From Nitrospirales bacterium (lineage in GTDB: Bacteria; Nitrospirota; Nitrospiria; Nitrospirales; UBA8639): a stretch of DNA of 64,000 bases. The notes below the pieces were generated by a model that saw nothing but the letters and a program-made list of their open reading frames with translations, had not been told where the DNA came from and did no database searches. Shown piece after piece: positions 1 through 12,600 of the stretch. Position numbers and translations under genes: made by a program. The stretch is from contig CBDBCZ010000017.1 of NCBI GenBank assembly GCA_965203295.1, forward strand, positions 1,984,001 to 2,048,000, read 5' to 3'. The stretch's first letter is position 1; each line of letters begins with the position of its first letter.

Positions 1-850
1 AGCTGGAAAGAGCATGTAGAGCAGAAGGGGAAAGAGTGTAGTGAAATGTCTACTTTACAGAAGGATAAGGTTTTGGATAGGGGGATTAAAGATATTCTAA
101 AAGCCTAAAGAACAATAGAACAGGAGGTAATGAGGAGAGCTTTTTAAGTATGGTGGGAAAGGATTGGCTAATCTGTTTTATATCAAGTAGTTTGGACAGA
201 GGAGAGTGTTCCTAAAACAATAGAGACAAGGGCTAATGTTTAAGAAAGGTGACCCGGGTAATTAAGAGGCATTACACTAATTGAGTGTGGTAGGAAAACT
301 GTTTTGCAAGTTTCAAATAATCTCTGTAGTAATCAGATTAGAATCAGAAAGGGCTCTTTATGAGGGTCAGGCAGGATTTAGAGAGAAAAGGAGTTGTGTT
401 GATAACATAATGATATCATGGAAGGTAGAATGAGGGAAGGAAAGCACAATTGTGCTTTTGTGTTCGGATAGTATACAGTTTGGCATGATGGCTTATGGTT
501 TAAGTTATGGGAACTTGTGGTTTGGGGTAGGTTGTGGAAAGTTATTAAGAATATGTATGACATTATACAAAGTGCTGTAATACTGGAGGAAGAAAAATCC
601 AAGCCATTCAGTACAGGTCAGGGGTGGCACATGGTCGTAGCATGTCACCTATCCTTTTTCAATCAGTTGTTAGATGAGGTTGAGAAAGCAGGGATTGGCA
701 TTACTGTTAAGAACGATGTTAAGGGTGGAGGTCTAATGTTTGCTGATGATTTTGTAGATTAACTACTAGCTTACAAACGTTGACTGATGTAGTACAGGAG
801 TTTTGTAATAAAGGGAGGTTGAAATCTAACATTAAAAACTTGGTGGGCAG
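1..850 (+). mobile_element. Degenerate non-LTR retrotransposon (LINE) reverse-transcriptase fragment
   Basis: Remnant RT motifs (RGITL..VVGKLF, EGQAGF, GLMFADDFV); homologous to 48860-50600 and 52170-53040. Confidence 0.8.
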
Positions 851-1554
851 TTGTGTTTCGTAACGATAGCTACTATCTGGGAGTGCACGACAAACCTGCC
901 AAGTCAGCACTTTCGGTGTACTGTGTTTGATTGCTTATCTGATTCTGCAGGATGCCTATTACGTATAGTATATACTATAAATACTATAAATTTGTAGTTC
1001 TACTGCTGCCGTTGGCTTGGCCTGGGCTGAGTTGTGTGTATTGTACGGGCAAAGTTCCCGGCTGGTTTTTTAGACATGAAATATCAGACTTGGGAATCAA
1101 GTTTGGTCAGCTCGTATGTGTATCTATAACGTTGTCTTAAGCTATGACCTGACCAAACTTCCAAGTATACAGACGAGTGTACAGAGAAACAGGTTAACAG
1201 AGAAACCGGTGCATAGGGAGAACATGTATAGTGAAGTACATGTGCATGCTGTTGGTACTGTTTATTACATTGCATTGCACATTCTACTAGTTTCTGTGTG
1301 GTGCTAACCCTAGCTCCAACTCTAACCCTAACCCTATTTGTAAGCAGCTATGAATTCGTAAAATGCGTAATGCAATTTCTACATGTATATTTACAAAATA
1401 CCCCAATAGACACTAATGCATGCAAATGTATGTACACAGAAATGTGAGAATTGTGCACACACCCACCCATGTACACAGCAACACTTGTAATTACTGACAA
1501 ATTCATCGTTAGTACTTATGTAAGCAAAGTGCAAATGCAGCAATTAACCTATCC

Positions 1555-1812
1555 TAGCTTTGTCAGCATCTGTCTCTGATTTGGAGGGATTTATTGCAAA
1601 TGTGTTTCGAGCTGTTAAGTGAATATAGCGCCAGTACGGTGAAAAGACCGGATGCATCGACAAAAATTTTGTTTCTGGGCTTTCTTTAGTCTCTATACTA
1701 GCCCTGCATAGTTTTTGTGGCCTTTTATTGCCGTGTTATGACGAGCTATGAGTGTCAAAACCATACACGGTCAGGAATTTGTGATATTCTCCACTTCCAG
1801 TTGGGCCTAACC
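1555..1812 (-). mobile_element. Partial copy of the TTAA-TSD family
   Basis: Reverse complement of 16390-16620; ends in acttccagttgggcctaacc|ttag. Confidence 0.7.
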
Positions 1813-1944
1813 TTAGTTGCTGAGGGCTGTCTGTTACGTGGAGCATCTAGGTGCTTCCTCCTAATGTTTGATAATCATCTGGTGTTTGAATATTGATTAA
1901 TGTCTTTGCAGAAGGTCATTTTATTGTTGTTTGCTCCTCAACAG

Positions 1945-2170
1945 GTTTCACATGTCAACACTAGAGCAGCAGTACGTTGCAGAGTCTCTTCAATCAATAG
2001 CAAAGTTACATGGCTCAAGATCTTCCAGCAAATCACTTCAGGGGAATTCTACTGGTGTTACTGCTATAATGAAAAAGAAGCCTAAAGTCTGTACATCTTC
2101 TCTCAGTATTGCTGTAAATAGCAGTCACAATACTGGTGGTGACAACAGCAGTAGGAATCATAAATGGTAA
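1945..2170 (+). CDS. Putative terminal exon of an unidentified gene entering from the left
   Basis: Good polypyrimidine acceptor (ttgctcctcaacag|) followed by two open frames ending at 2085 or 2170. A candidate preceding exon ends at donor C|GTATGT (1113/1114). No family recognised. Confidence 0.3.
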
Positions 2171-5100
2171 ACTTTAGTCATGTATGTAGAACCAGTATAT
2201 GTAACTTTTGGGTCATTTCAACATGGCTGCATAATTAGAGGTGATTCTAGCTTAGAAATGACAGCACAATAGCTGTGGTTGCAGAGTGCTATACGTATAT
2301 ATCCTTTTGCTTAAACTTTGTATGGGTGGTTAAAGTATGTGTGAGCTTTTGAGGTATTTAGGGGTGTAGAGATACATGTACATGGAGACTGTTATATATA
2401 TGTTTGTGTGGTTCTGCATTGTGAAATGTTTGTGTCATGAATGGTAGGTGTATTGAATGCACATAGTTGAATGAGGTTTGTAGGGTATTATTATTGACTG
2501 GAAAGAAAATATGATTTATTATTTGAAAATTCACTGGTTAAATAATATTGTGGACTATGTAAAGCAGAAGTGATTGTATAGTGTGCAAATGGTACAGTAC
2601 ATAGTTGCATAATGGTTGGTTTTGTTGTGGAGACGAGAGGCTGTACGTAATGTCATTCTGTTATGTTTTATCATCTTTTTGAGTGTTGCATCTTGTGGGT
2701 GTGTGTACTGAGAAGGGAATAAGAAGAGCCTGGGTCGTTGCCGTTAGCTGTGGTATATTGTAAACATGAGAGTGGAGTTTGCTGGCTATTTGTGCTTGGC
2801 TATGGTATGAGTGCAATACCCGATAGCAAATGTAGCAATACAGTAGCTTCAGCCACTACATGCTGTCTGAAAAAAAAAGAAGTAGCTGGTTTAGGAGTTT
2901 TTGATGTGGTAATACTTTCTAGCAGTGTTATCTGTTATGAAAACACTCCTGACTGAAAGACATGGCCATATGGCTACATATATAGCAGACTTGTACCAAA
3001 GTTGTAGGCCACTTAAAATGCGCCCCTAGGTGGTGCCTTTCAAGACAGGGTACATGTACATCCATGTCCCTAGGGTATATAAGGGTTACTTGGCAACAAG
3101 CCACAAGTCATCTGTACCATGGGTTTCTAAGGTGTATGGGATTTGTACCCTCATGTGGTTGTACGTATGTCTCCCGAGAGCAAACTCTCTACAAATTCCA
3201 TACACCCTGAAACCCATGGTACAAACTATAACTTGTAAGTGTAACATAAATGATTTCGTTCACATTAATGCTGTGGCCACTTTTCTGTGCTATCCTTACT
3301 TATGAAGTACTATACGTAGGTCATGTACATTACATACCAGGGAGTAGGTCAATGTGCAAAATGGAAGTGGAGCCTTGAAACAAGGCTATGAACTGTGGCA
3401 CTGAAGTAAAACAAGTACTGGTACATATGTGAAAGAAATCAATCATCTGTTGCATGATTCTGAAGCTAGGTCATACATCCTCTCGTGCTCAAGGCTACAA
3501 CTCAGCTGCTTACTTTGTCCGATGAATTTTTTACACAAACAAGTAGAAGAGAAAGAAAACCATATCATCAGTACAGTAGCTGTGTGGTGTAGAGTTGGAT
3601 AGTTGCAGTTGTGACACAATAGTACTATTTCCATTCACATTTAGTCAGTCACATTCCCTGACCAAAATTGATGAGGCTATATACTAATTGTAATGAAGCT
3701 GCATGGTATCAGCGAATGGTTGTCAAAGTTTGGAGGTATTTAAATACTCAATCCACTCTCTGAATGCTAATTCTGGTTCTCCTTTCATACCAAAAGTCAA
3801 AAGTGAGATAAAATCCAAATTGATGCAACATTACACAATGTCCTCAATAGTCCTAAACTTTATAAATATAGGTTAGACAACGATATGGAGAGGTGAAGGT
3901 ATTGACTGAGATGCCTGGCACAGAGGTGTCTACAGTTGTGATAGGTAAAACATGAAAAAAGTTAAGGTAGCTAATTCCTGTTAGACCTAGTCATGAATAA
4001 CATCCTTTGAAGTATGCCTGCTTAATGAGGTATCTAATTCCGATAGATACCTGCCAGCCGGTATCTATCAGATTTAGATACCTCATCTTTATTCATGATT
4101 TGCCTGTCACATCTCAGTCAATAGATACCTCGCTGCGGCTCGGTATCTATTATCCTGAGATACCTCCACCTCGGTGTCTAACCTACATATAGATACTGGA
4201 CAGGCAAGTCTGTTGCTGCATGTGATATGTGATCATTGTGGTGTTCCTTGCTAGAGAGTCTGTACTTGGTTAGTGTGGAAAACATTCTAGAGGAACTGTT
4301 TTCCCACAGCTGCAAAAATCACCACGTGGAAGGCCTGGGTTTACAGCTAGAACCTCTCTTAGACTCTAGATCTGCGTCTAGATGAAACAGTGCACCAACT
4401 TGGACCAAGTGTTTAAAAGTAGCGAGTTACTACATTTTGTAAGGCGGCTTACCGTGTATAATGTCAGGTGTCTATGTGTGTAGAGTAATAGCCGTGGTTT
4501 AACAAAGGAGGATACATGTACATGGAAACAATTTGGCACTATTTCTGTAAGGCAATCTCACAAGCCTGAGATTTCTTGAGAAAATTTTCATAATAGACTT
4601 TCTGCCATGCATGCTGTGTGTGGACATCCCCCCACCAAATTGGTTTGTGGAATCTGTTTAGGGTTAATTACTCACCATTTGTGGTTAGCTTGCTGCTAAT
4701 ATAAGTGAAAACTGGGCTCACAACATTTTCGGTTACATGAAAGCCTGTTATCGTTTGTGTATCCAAAAATGGTGAAGTCCTGCAACAAGACTACATGATA
4801 AAACTTGACAAATGCCCAGGTGGTTTGCATGCAGTGGTTGGCTTCTGATTCGATCCGACCCAGATAAGGGGTTAGGATGTTCTGTTACATGTACATAAGT
4901 GCTCGCAGTTGGGTTTCTACACGTAAAATGACAGTTTTTGTCACTCCCACACAGGCCCAAGTTATTCAACCTAGACAGATCAAGTGGAGAGTCTAACACG
5001 GTGACTGTAAACTCTTTGACTGTAGTAGTTACTGAGTACGATATACTGTACCCTGATTCTGATTAGCAAACCAAAATCGTGAATGACACATGCTAACTGT

Positions 5101-7804
5101 ATCATGCTGTATGTAGGATATATAGAGTACTATAAATTGGCTGTACGTACATGTAAACAGTGCACCCCCTTTTCCCAGATTCATCTGTTATTCCCGTTAA
5201 CATTATAACAGTCGTAACACAACCGTCCACAGTCTCATTCCTAAATCAATTTTTGGTTGCGCAGGTCCCGCCCACGCACACAATTTTTGCACAAAGGCTT
5301 CGTTTAGTTTTTTTTGACCCTATGGCCGTATACTATATCGTTAGTCTACGAAACTTTATATGGAAAATAACACAGACCTGAGCTTTAATTTGGTATCCGA
5401 CATGCGGGAGTGCTCTATGTAGAAACATGAATATTCACAGTGGGTAGGCTTCAAAGGGTACCCTGATTATCTTTAGCAAAATTTTGTTTCATAGCTTGTA
5501 TGGATTTATAACCAGTTTCAATGGATAGAGGAGTAAAAGAGCTTCAAAATGAGCCCAAGAACTGAACTGTTTCTGATGATACCGAGAATAAAAAGTGGGG
5601 TTAATATATATGTACAGAAATTACTTCGAAGAGCTTGTAAACATAAACACAAAGTTTGTCAAAAGAATGGCAAATTATAAAAAGTCATTCAAAGCACTGC
5701 AAAAAGATCACAGAGGACCAGGAAATCTCAGAGCGTCTCCCTCAGACAAGCAACGTAGTACATCCTGTATGGCAGAATAGAGAATCAGCTCATACCTGGG
5801 TCACATGGCTGGGGAACGAGGCTAAATAGACAAGTACATAGCTAGCTTTGTACACTGGGGGGACAGTGAGCTAGGATTATGCGTGCAGTGAAACACTTAA
5901 GTAGCACCCAAATGAGAGTGAGAGTATTGGAGCTATCATTAATCCTCGTTTTTAACAGTTTGACAATGTACATGTTTTGTATTTCAAGGCCAAGTTTCCT
6001 GCATCAAACTTAACACAACAGGTTTTCCAATTTCAGCTGGGTAGTGAGTACAGTCTACTTATCTCCACACTGTATGGTCATTGAGTGCTAGCTACATCAC
6101 CTGGATCAACTCAGGCATCAAGTCTGACTACACAAACGGTGGCCGAACAAGGATGCATCCTGTGGCGTCACTGGCCCAGCTACTGTTACATGTAGACAAG
6201 CCAGTTGTTCGTAGAACTCACCTCGGTCAGAACTGCACAGGTACTTTCCAGCCTTTGCTTTCTTGGAGTAGTGGATGGGTCTTCTACCAAGACGATATAG
6301 ATATGCTGTCAACTGTGTGGGACGAATAAGGGAGTAAATGAATGATAAAGGGCTGTAGATGTAAGAGAGGGTGTACACGTACAATGTACATGTGTGTGGC
6401 TGTCATAGGATAACACATTTTGTGGGCCTGGATAAAATAGTGCACACCTACCAGTACAGCAGCAGTCTGTAGAATCCGAGAGCGAAAATGAGGGAGGGAG
6501 TGACGGCCCAGACAATGATACATCGTCCAGCGATCAGCTAGAAGTAAAATTTGATACAGCTTTTTTATTTATTAGCTAATACATACAGTAACACGATAAA
6601 CTTACTGTTCCGCTTACCGTATGTCCAGGACGAGCCGAGACATACTCGATGCCTTCGCCTCCCGGCAGCGGCTAGCCAGTTTCACATGAGAATAGCGCAG
6701 TGATTACCGGCAGAGATACTTTGAAAGTATCTCTAGAATCTCTTTTGCTCTTTAGAGAACGATATATATGCCCCCTTACCACGAAAAGGCAGTATACTAC
6801 TCAGACTACAGTGCTCCAAACAAATAGAGTAGATTCAGAAAATTTTTTGTTTAGAGGTTGCAACCATTTTATTATATCCAAATAAGACATCAGGGAAATG
6901 ATTTTGTAGTGGTTTCTCAAAAAATTTTTTTTCTGTACTTAAGGAATAGGGAAGCCATACAGGTATGAAGCAGGTTTTCAAGAAATTTTAACCATTATCT
7001 CGGGTTTGTTAAGGAGTTCGGATTTGAAATTAGGGATGTCAATACTTTACAACAAGCCCAACCTCTCATAAAAAAATTGGTCCTTAACTCTGAGGTTTGT
7101 GGAAATGGCTGCCCTAACGTATACGCCACTCAAAACCTGCTTTAGCAGCTCTGCTCGGACAGGACAATGGAGTATTAAAGGGACAATGGGGGTTTCAAAA
7201 GTTGCTACACTTGAATCACTACACTTGAGGAAGGATAGGGCTCTTAACTCCCAAGTTTAGAGAAATAACAATCCACCTGTGCATGTAAAGCCATAACTCT
7301 GGCCGTGTGTCACATGACTTAATTAATTTTTTTGTGGTTAATTAGAAAAGGTGGCTGGTCATTGCTATCAACTTTGTTTGAGCTTAGGTGATCCTTGATT
7401 GAAGATATAAGGAAAATAGTCAATAATTGGTCAATCTACTCTCTTTGTTTGGAGCACTGTAGAGACCGTAAAAACAGCACCTCCCAAATCCGCCCTAATT
7501 TCGCCATATTTGGGACCATGCCCATTTCCGCTGCAACCAAAATTCTTCCAGTCGGTAGCGGTTGCGTCTCGACTGATAATCTTTCTAAGCTACTTCAAGA
7601 ATCAAGCCCAGCCCTACATTTAAATTGAGCATGCATACACCAAAATTGATGGTGACTAATATCATAACTGAAAATTGTACATGTATACACGAACTTATGT
7701 AAAGACCAGCAACACAGTATAGAGCATATAACCATGCAGCAACTACTGGACAGAGCAATATGGTACAAAATTACTTTCAGTGGCCTTTTATACTAGTATA
7801 ATAA

Positions 7805-9406
7805 CTATATCTCCACAGTTAGTGTGGTTGAAGATACAGCACTATAGATCAGTGTATTGTTAAAAGGTACAAACTGGCAAGTAATTACTTTAATAACCTC
7901 TTGAGCTGCCACTCCGCCAACAAAAGCAGCTACTGAATGAATTTCTGCAGCACCATACCTACAAAATTCCGCTATTTGTTCGTCCCGAATCAACTGTACA
8001 GCTATTCCCCAGCGTTGCAATAAACTAGTCACGATAGATTTCACTTGCACTATATCTGATTCCAGAGCACCATCTTTACTGCCAGGGAAAAACTTGTACA
8101 GAGAAAAAAACTGGTCAGCAGCACGCAGTAGTACGTAATACGCCATTTCACTATCTTGGTTTTCAAGGTGCATGACGAAGTTTGTTGGGTTTGGCGTTTC
8201 GTACTCCTCAGCAATCGAACGATAGCGAAGTACCCGAAGAAAGGCACTGTTTCGGCAGAACTGCTTGATTTCTACTTCCGGTATGAAGTTAGTTGGTTTC
8301 CCAATACTCTGAAGTAGGCTACTCAAGTGGCTGGTGACTAAAGCAATATCTTCCCTCGCTTGCTCTTGATACACTTGGCTTAGTTGTATGTACATATCTG
8401 ATGAGGAGATCATGTCAGGAATTGAACCTCGCAGTGGCAGCTTTTGATCATTTTCCGTGGTAACGAATTCTCGTAGTGCTCGGGCAAGAAGCCAGAAATT
8501 GCTAGATTCCGGAGAGATGTAGATGCATTTAGGATCATCAAATATTGCTTGAACAACAGAAGGGATTCGAGTTGGGATGATGACACTGTTCACATTCTGG
8601 ATAGCTTCATCAAAGTTCTCTTCGTCTAGAGGAACCCCATCTTCATTTCTGCGGATAGATATCCTAATCATCTCTTTGAAATCACTCTTTTCTCGGTAAT
8701 TTTTGGGGATAGCGGCATCATGTGAACTTTTCCACTTTTGAAGGAACTTGTACAGCAGCACCAAATAGGGAACATTGGCATGCTTGTTGTCATCTAGTGC
8801 ATCTAGGTTGATGCTACTGACAAACTTTACCAACCCTGGGAAGGGACTATCAAGCCGCAAATCTTCATGGTAGTTATCAGGATGCGATTCGACTACCTCG
8901 TGGTCAGGTAATGCAAACCGAAGGTATCCAACAAGACCGTAAGAGCGAGCAACTAAAAGTGGGACAGAAGCCTTCCAGAGCACTTCTGCCAGCGTAAGGA
9001 GGCTCGACTCCTGCATTTCGGTTGCAATTACAATGCTAAACTGAGAAAAGAAGTTTGGATCAGTGGCCAAGATGGACTCAATTTCCTCATCAATGAAGCT
9101 ACCCTTCACACCACCATTAAGCTCGGTGAGTAGCCTCACTGCAGACTGAGCACGGGAACGACCAATAGACTCAAGTGGCAAAAAGAAGTTAGCACCCACA
9201 TCTGCAGGCGTTACTCGTTTGCTATCGAGAATCGAAAACGCTCCAATACCTGGTAGAACCAAATTCTTTACGATCTCAGTGCCAGTGGCCGACGCATTGA
9301 TCAAACACACGTGGGCAGACTCTAAGGCGGCCTGTCCATGATCTCCCCACAATCGAAGTTGCCTATCGTACCTCGTTGCCTTTTCCGACGGGGCAGTCAT
9401 CGACAT
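7805..9406 (-). CDS. NAE1: NEDD8-activating enzyme E1 regulatory subunit (APPBP1/Ula1), single exon, 533 aa
   Basis: Uninterrupted ORF with N-terminal RYDRQLRLWGDHGQAALESAHVCLINASATGTEIVKNLVLPGIG and C-terminal EFCRYGAAEIHSVAAFVGGVAAQEVIKVIT, diagnostic for APPBP1. The first ATG is at 9406 (MSMTAP...); the track's 9457 start is a non-ATG codon. Confidence 0.96.
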   Translation of the reverse strand: MSMTAPSEKATRYDRQLRLWGDHGQAALESAHVCLINASATGTEIVKNLVLPGIGAFSILDSKRVTPADVGANFFLPLESIGRSRAQSAVRLLTELNGGVKGSFIDEEIESILATDPNFFSQFSIVIATEMQESSLLTLAEVLWKASVPLLVARSYGLVGYLRFALPDHEVVESHPDNYHEDLRLDSPFPGLVKFVSSINLDALDDNKHANVPYLVLLYKFLQKWKSSHDAAIPKNYREKSDFKEMIRISIRRNEDGVPLDEENFDEAIQNVNSVIIPTRIPSVVQAIFDDPKCIYISPESSNFWLLARALREFVTTENDQKLPLRGSIPDMISSSDMYIQLSQVYQEQAREDIALVTSHLSSLLQSIGKPTNFIPEVEIKQFCRNSAFLRVLRYRSIAEEYETPNPTNFVMHLENQDSEMAYYVLLRAADQFFSLYKFFPGSKDGALESDIVQVKSIVTSLLQRWGIAVQLIRDEQIAEFCRYGAAEIHSVAAFVGGVAAQEVIKVITCQFVPFNNTLIYSAVSSTTLTVEI

Positions 9407-9543
9407 CGTTTCTCTCAGGTAGTATCTCGAGCCCAAATTCTGCGTCCTCGATCTCACGGCTCACGATCACTAGTCTGTGGTCTGGGCACGAGACTCTAAG
9501 CTTACCCGCCCACTAAATTTCCAGGCGGATCCGTGCTTCAGGC
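9407..9543. promoter_or_regulatory. Putative bidirectional promoter, NAE1 / kinesin-14
   Basis: Divergent ATGs at 9406 (-) and 9544 (+); locally CpG-rich compared with the flanks. Confidence 0.5.
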
Positions 9544-9622
9544 ATGATAATAGTCTCGGGTCTGATCTGCAGATCTGGGCGCGAGGACGATTCAAATTTC
9601 GAAGACGCCGTAGAAGACCAGA
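9544..9622 (+). CDS. KIFC3: KIFC3-like exon 1 ([26 protein letters not shown]), putative
   Basis: ATG at 9544, strong donor A|GTAAGT at 9623; phase 1 joins exon 2 in frame (A+CA=Thr). Could instead be 5'UTR with the start at ATG 11672. Confidence 0.55.
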
Positions 9623-12600
9623 GTAAGTGATGCTGCGGGCGCATTAGAGTTTGAGTCCATCATAAAAAAACGTGTATGGTTCTACCACGGATCTTCTACT
9701 ACTAGGCCTAGGCGCCTAGCGCTAGCCTACGTAGAAGCCGTGGGCTCTATACTTTCTTGTCCCACATTACATCATTTCTAATACATTTCATTGGACGAGA
9801 GCAGTAGGATATATGCACATCCTACAGTTCTATATTTCATAACTTCTAGCTACTTCATGATAGTTACGCACATGCGCAGTAGTGGGATAAGTCAGATAGA
9901 CCATGCCACAGCGGAGGATATGCAACCAAATATATCCTCCTTGGATACGGTTTTATCCCTCAGCTGTGCCTCGGGTAAACCACATCCACGGAGGATATAC
10001 AGGCCCATATCCTCTGCTGTGACATGGTCTATCCTATACATATACTAAGTCTCCGCAATATATATATTGCGGAGACTGTGGACTTAGTGGCAACAATTTG
10101 TTTTTATTTGCAGTTGCCATGGTGATCCCAATCATATACCTGCATGCTAGGTAAATTCTGCTTAGTTCACAATAATTTATTTTCTATCAGTTCATCATGT
10201 TCTAGTATTTTACTTCACTAAACGCCAATTCAATCGTGTTCAAATCTGGACTGTAGGGTGGGAGGTATATTACAAGAACACCTGCCTGTCTAAATGGCTC
10301 CTTTGCTGCAGTTGTGCAATGCAGTGCAACATTATCCAGATTAGCTACACATAAAGAAGCATATTAGGTAATGTACCACGCAGAAAGTCAAAGAAAAGTT
10401 GAATCTACTGTACTTTTAGTCATTTCAACAGCTACCACTCCATCATTTGCACTTGCTGCTGTGCAAAAAACGTGCCCTCTATGAAAAAATCTGGTGTGGG
10501 TAGGAGTAATTATCTCTTACACCCCTCAGGGCATATCCGGCAGCATGAATCATAGATTATCTATGCACAACTACAGTCTTTATTTTCATTGATCCATACA
10601 AGCTGGTCTGAAGAGAACATTGTCATTTCTGCCATAAATCTAGCTCTCAGTCTGGAACATCTCTGAGCTGCCACTTGCTGTATTTTTTTTCCTTGTAAGC
10701 CTGTTTTTCCGCAGAACTCGACGAATTGTTACCTCAGAGACTACAACTCCAGTAATGGTACAAACATGCTGGCAGACTTCTCAGAAGTACGTACGTACAT
10801 ACCTTGGTGCAACAGTAGCCCAACTATCAAAATCTCATGGTAATCGTCAAACACTCGCTGAGATGCTCTTGCTGGAGGTTTCCTGGCTCTCACTTCACCA
10901 GTAGAAAGAAACTTCTCCCACACATTGTGAACTGTACCTTGTGAAATATTCAAATTCTTGGCTATGTCTCTGTATGATTTCTCACCAGTAAGCTTTCTGC
11001 CACATAACCCTCCATCGCAGGTCTCCTGAATAGGCTGTTGTCCGTGCTGTCTCTACACTGAATGCCATGTTGCACGTGCTGTATATAAATGCTGGCTGGT
11101 ACCAATTCAAAAGTCGCACGAGTAGACCTGTTTCTCTGTTCACTGCTTTCCCTCCTCACTCAAAATTTTGGGACTGCAATTGGCTCGTAAACATACATGT
11201 ATTCGTGTACTCCAGAACATATATAGTCCTGTGAGACCCTGGTCCCATATTGTCAGAGCTGATGCAAAGCGCTTAGAAGTGTGATGTGCTCTATAATAAT
11301 TGTACATGTACATTTGATGAACATGTATGGACTCTTCCTATTGCAAATGTGACAATGATGGTCTTTGGGAGGAAATTCACAGTATCAGTTCCCAGTACGA
11401 AAGCCTGATGCTATTGTGTTTGCATTGCATGCAGTTTGTCCTGATGCCCAGGAGGAATGTGAGACTCTTCTAGCTCTCTAGTATCTCAGCCAACTTCGCA
11501 TAGTATTGTCATGCCTCAGAATTTTTGACACACCTGCATGGGTGTCTATAACACCTGAAATCCCGTAGACCCCTCAGTCTCATTGTATATCCTGTATTTG
11601 TACGTACATTGCATGCACGGTGCAGGGATGTATGATGATAATCGTGATTATTTCTTGTTATTTTCTCAGCAATGTCGTTTTGTGATGGATTTTTGCGGCC
11701 CCTGGAGTATATGCCAGAAATGGCTTTGGTGAAAACCGCCGAACAGAGTCTACTGGATGAATTGGGCTTTACAGGTAATGTGCGCTACTACTGGCATCAT
11801 TCCCAGTCTCCACGGAGTTTTTTAACTTGTTAGAACAAAAAAAGCTGACAGTGCAGACTGGGAACGAGGCTATGCTACTATCACAGTACATGTGTGCATG
11901 CAAGCTTCACTTGACAGACACACACTCTGTAGCCCAAACACACTGGTACATGTTATACAGTACATAGTATAGTCCTGGCACAACAGTAGATATGAATTGG
12001 AAGCATGCCTGCTAATTTGACAACTCACTAACATGAGGCTCTCTCAAGCTAGCCAGAATACAGTATACCTTTAATGCTTAGGATATAGTAACTGCGCGCC
12101 CAAGAGATCTAGAGAGGCTACTATTCTATCCTGTGTATCCACAGAATCGGATGGAAACACTTGTACAAAAGAGAAGACTTCATCTGAAAGTGATAGTGGA
12201 GGTACGCATGTACATGTACATTAATTTGCCTAATTCCCAGGACCACACGCACACGTACACTGTACTGCACTGTAGTTACATGCAGGGCCAGTGCACGCAG
12301 AAGGGCTGGTAGGGCTTTGCATGGCCCTACCACTTTTTTGACGGGCACGTAAAAAAAGTAGCCCCGTCCTTGATACGCGAGGCTACACGTGTAGCGAATC
12401 ATCATGGGCAGCTGCTGGCACTGACTCCTTCACAAGAAAACTGTCAATATCACAAGCTAGCCCATCCTGTCCATCTGTAATGCAATTAGTATAGTACAGG
12501 AGAGTAGTGGAAGAGGCGGGTTCGGCGCAAATTCATCACGATTACGCCAATTCTTGATCATAGATTCATGAGAGTATTCATGTACAATTGTACATACATG

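Noticed and set aside
1305..1335. True telomere or chromosome-fusion scar
   Set aside because: Only 2-4 degenerate CCCTAA units, embedded in a repeat also found near 27640.
9407..9457. N-terminal extension of NAE1 in the ORF track (550 aa)
   Set aside because: Starts at a non-ATG codon. The first ATG is 9406, giving 533 aa, in line with known APPBP1 length.
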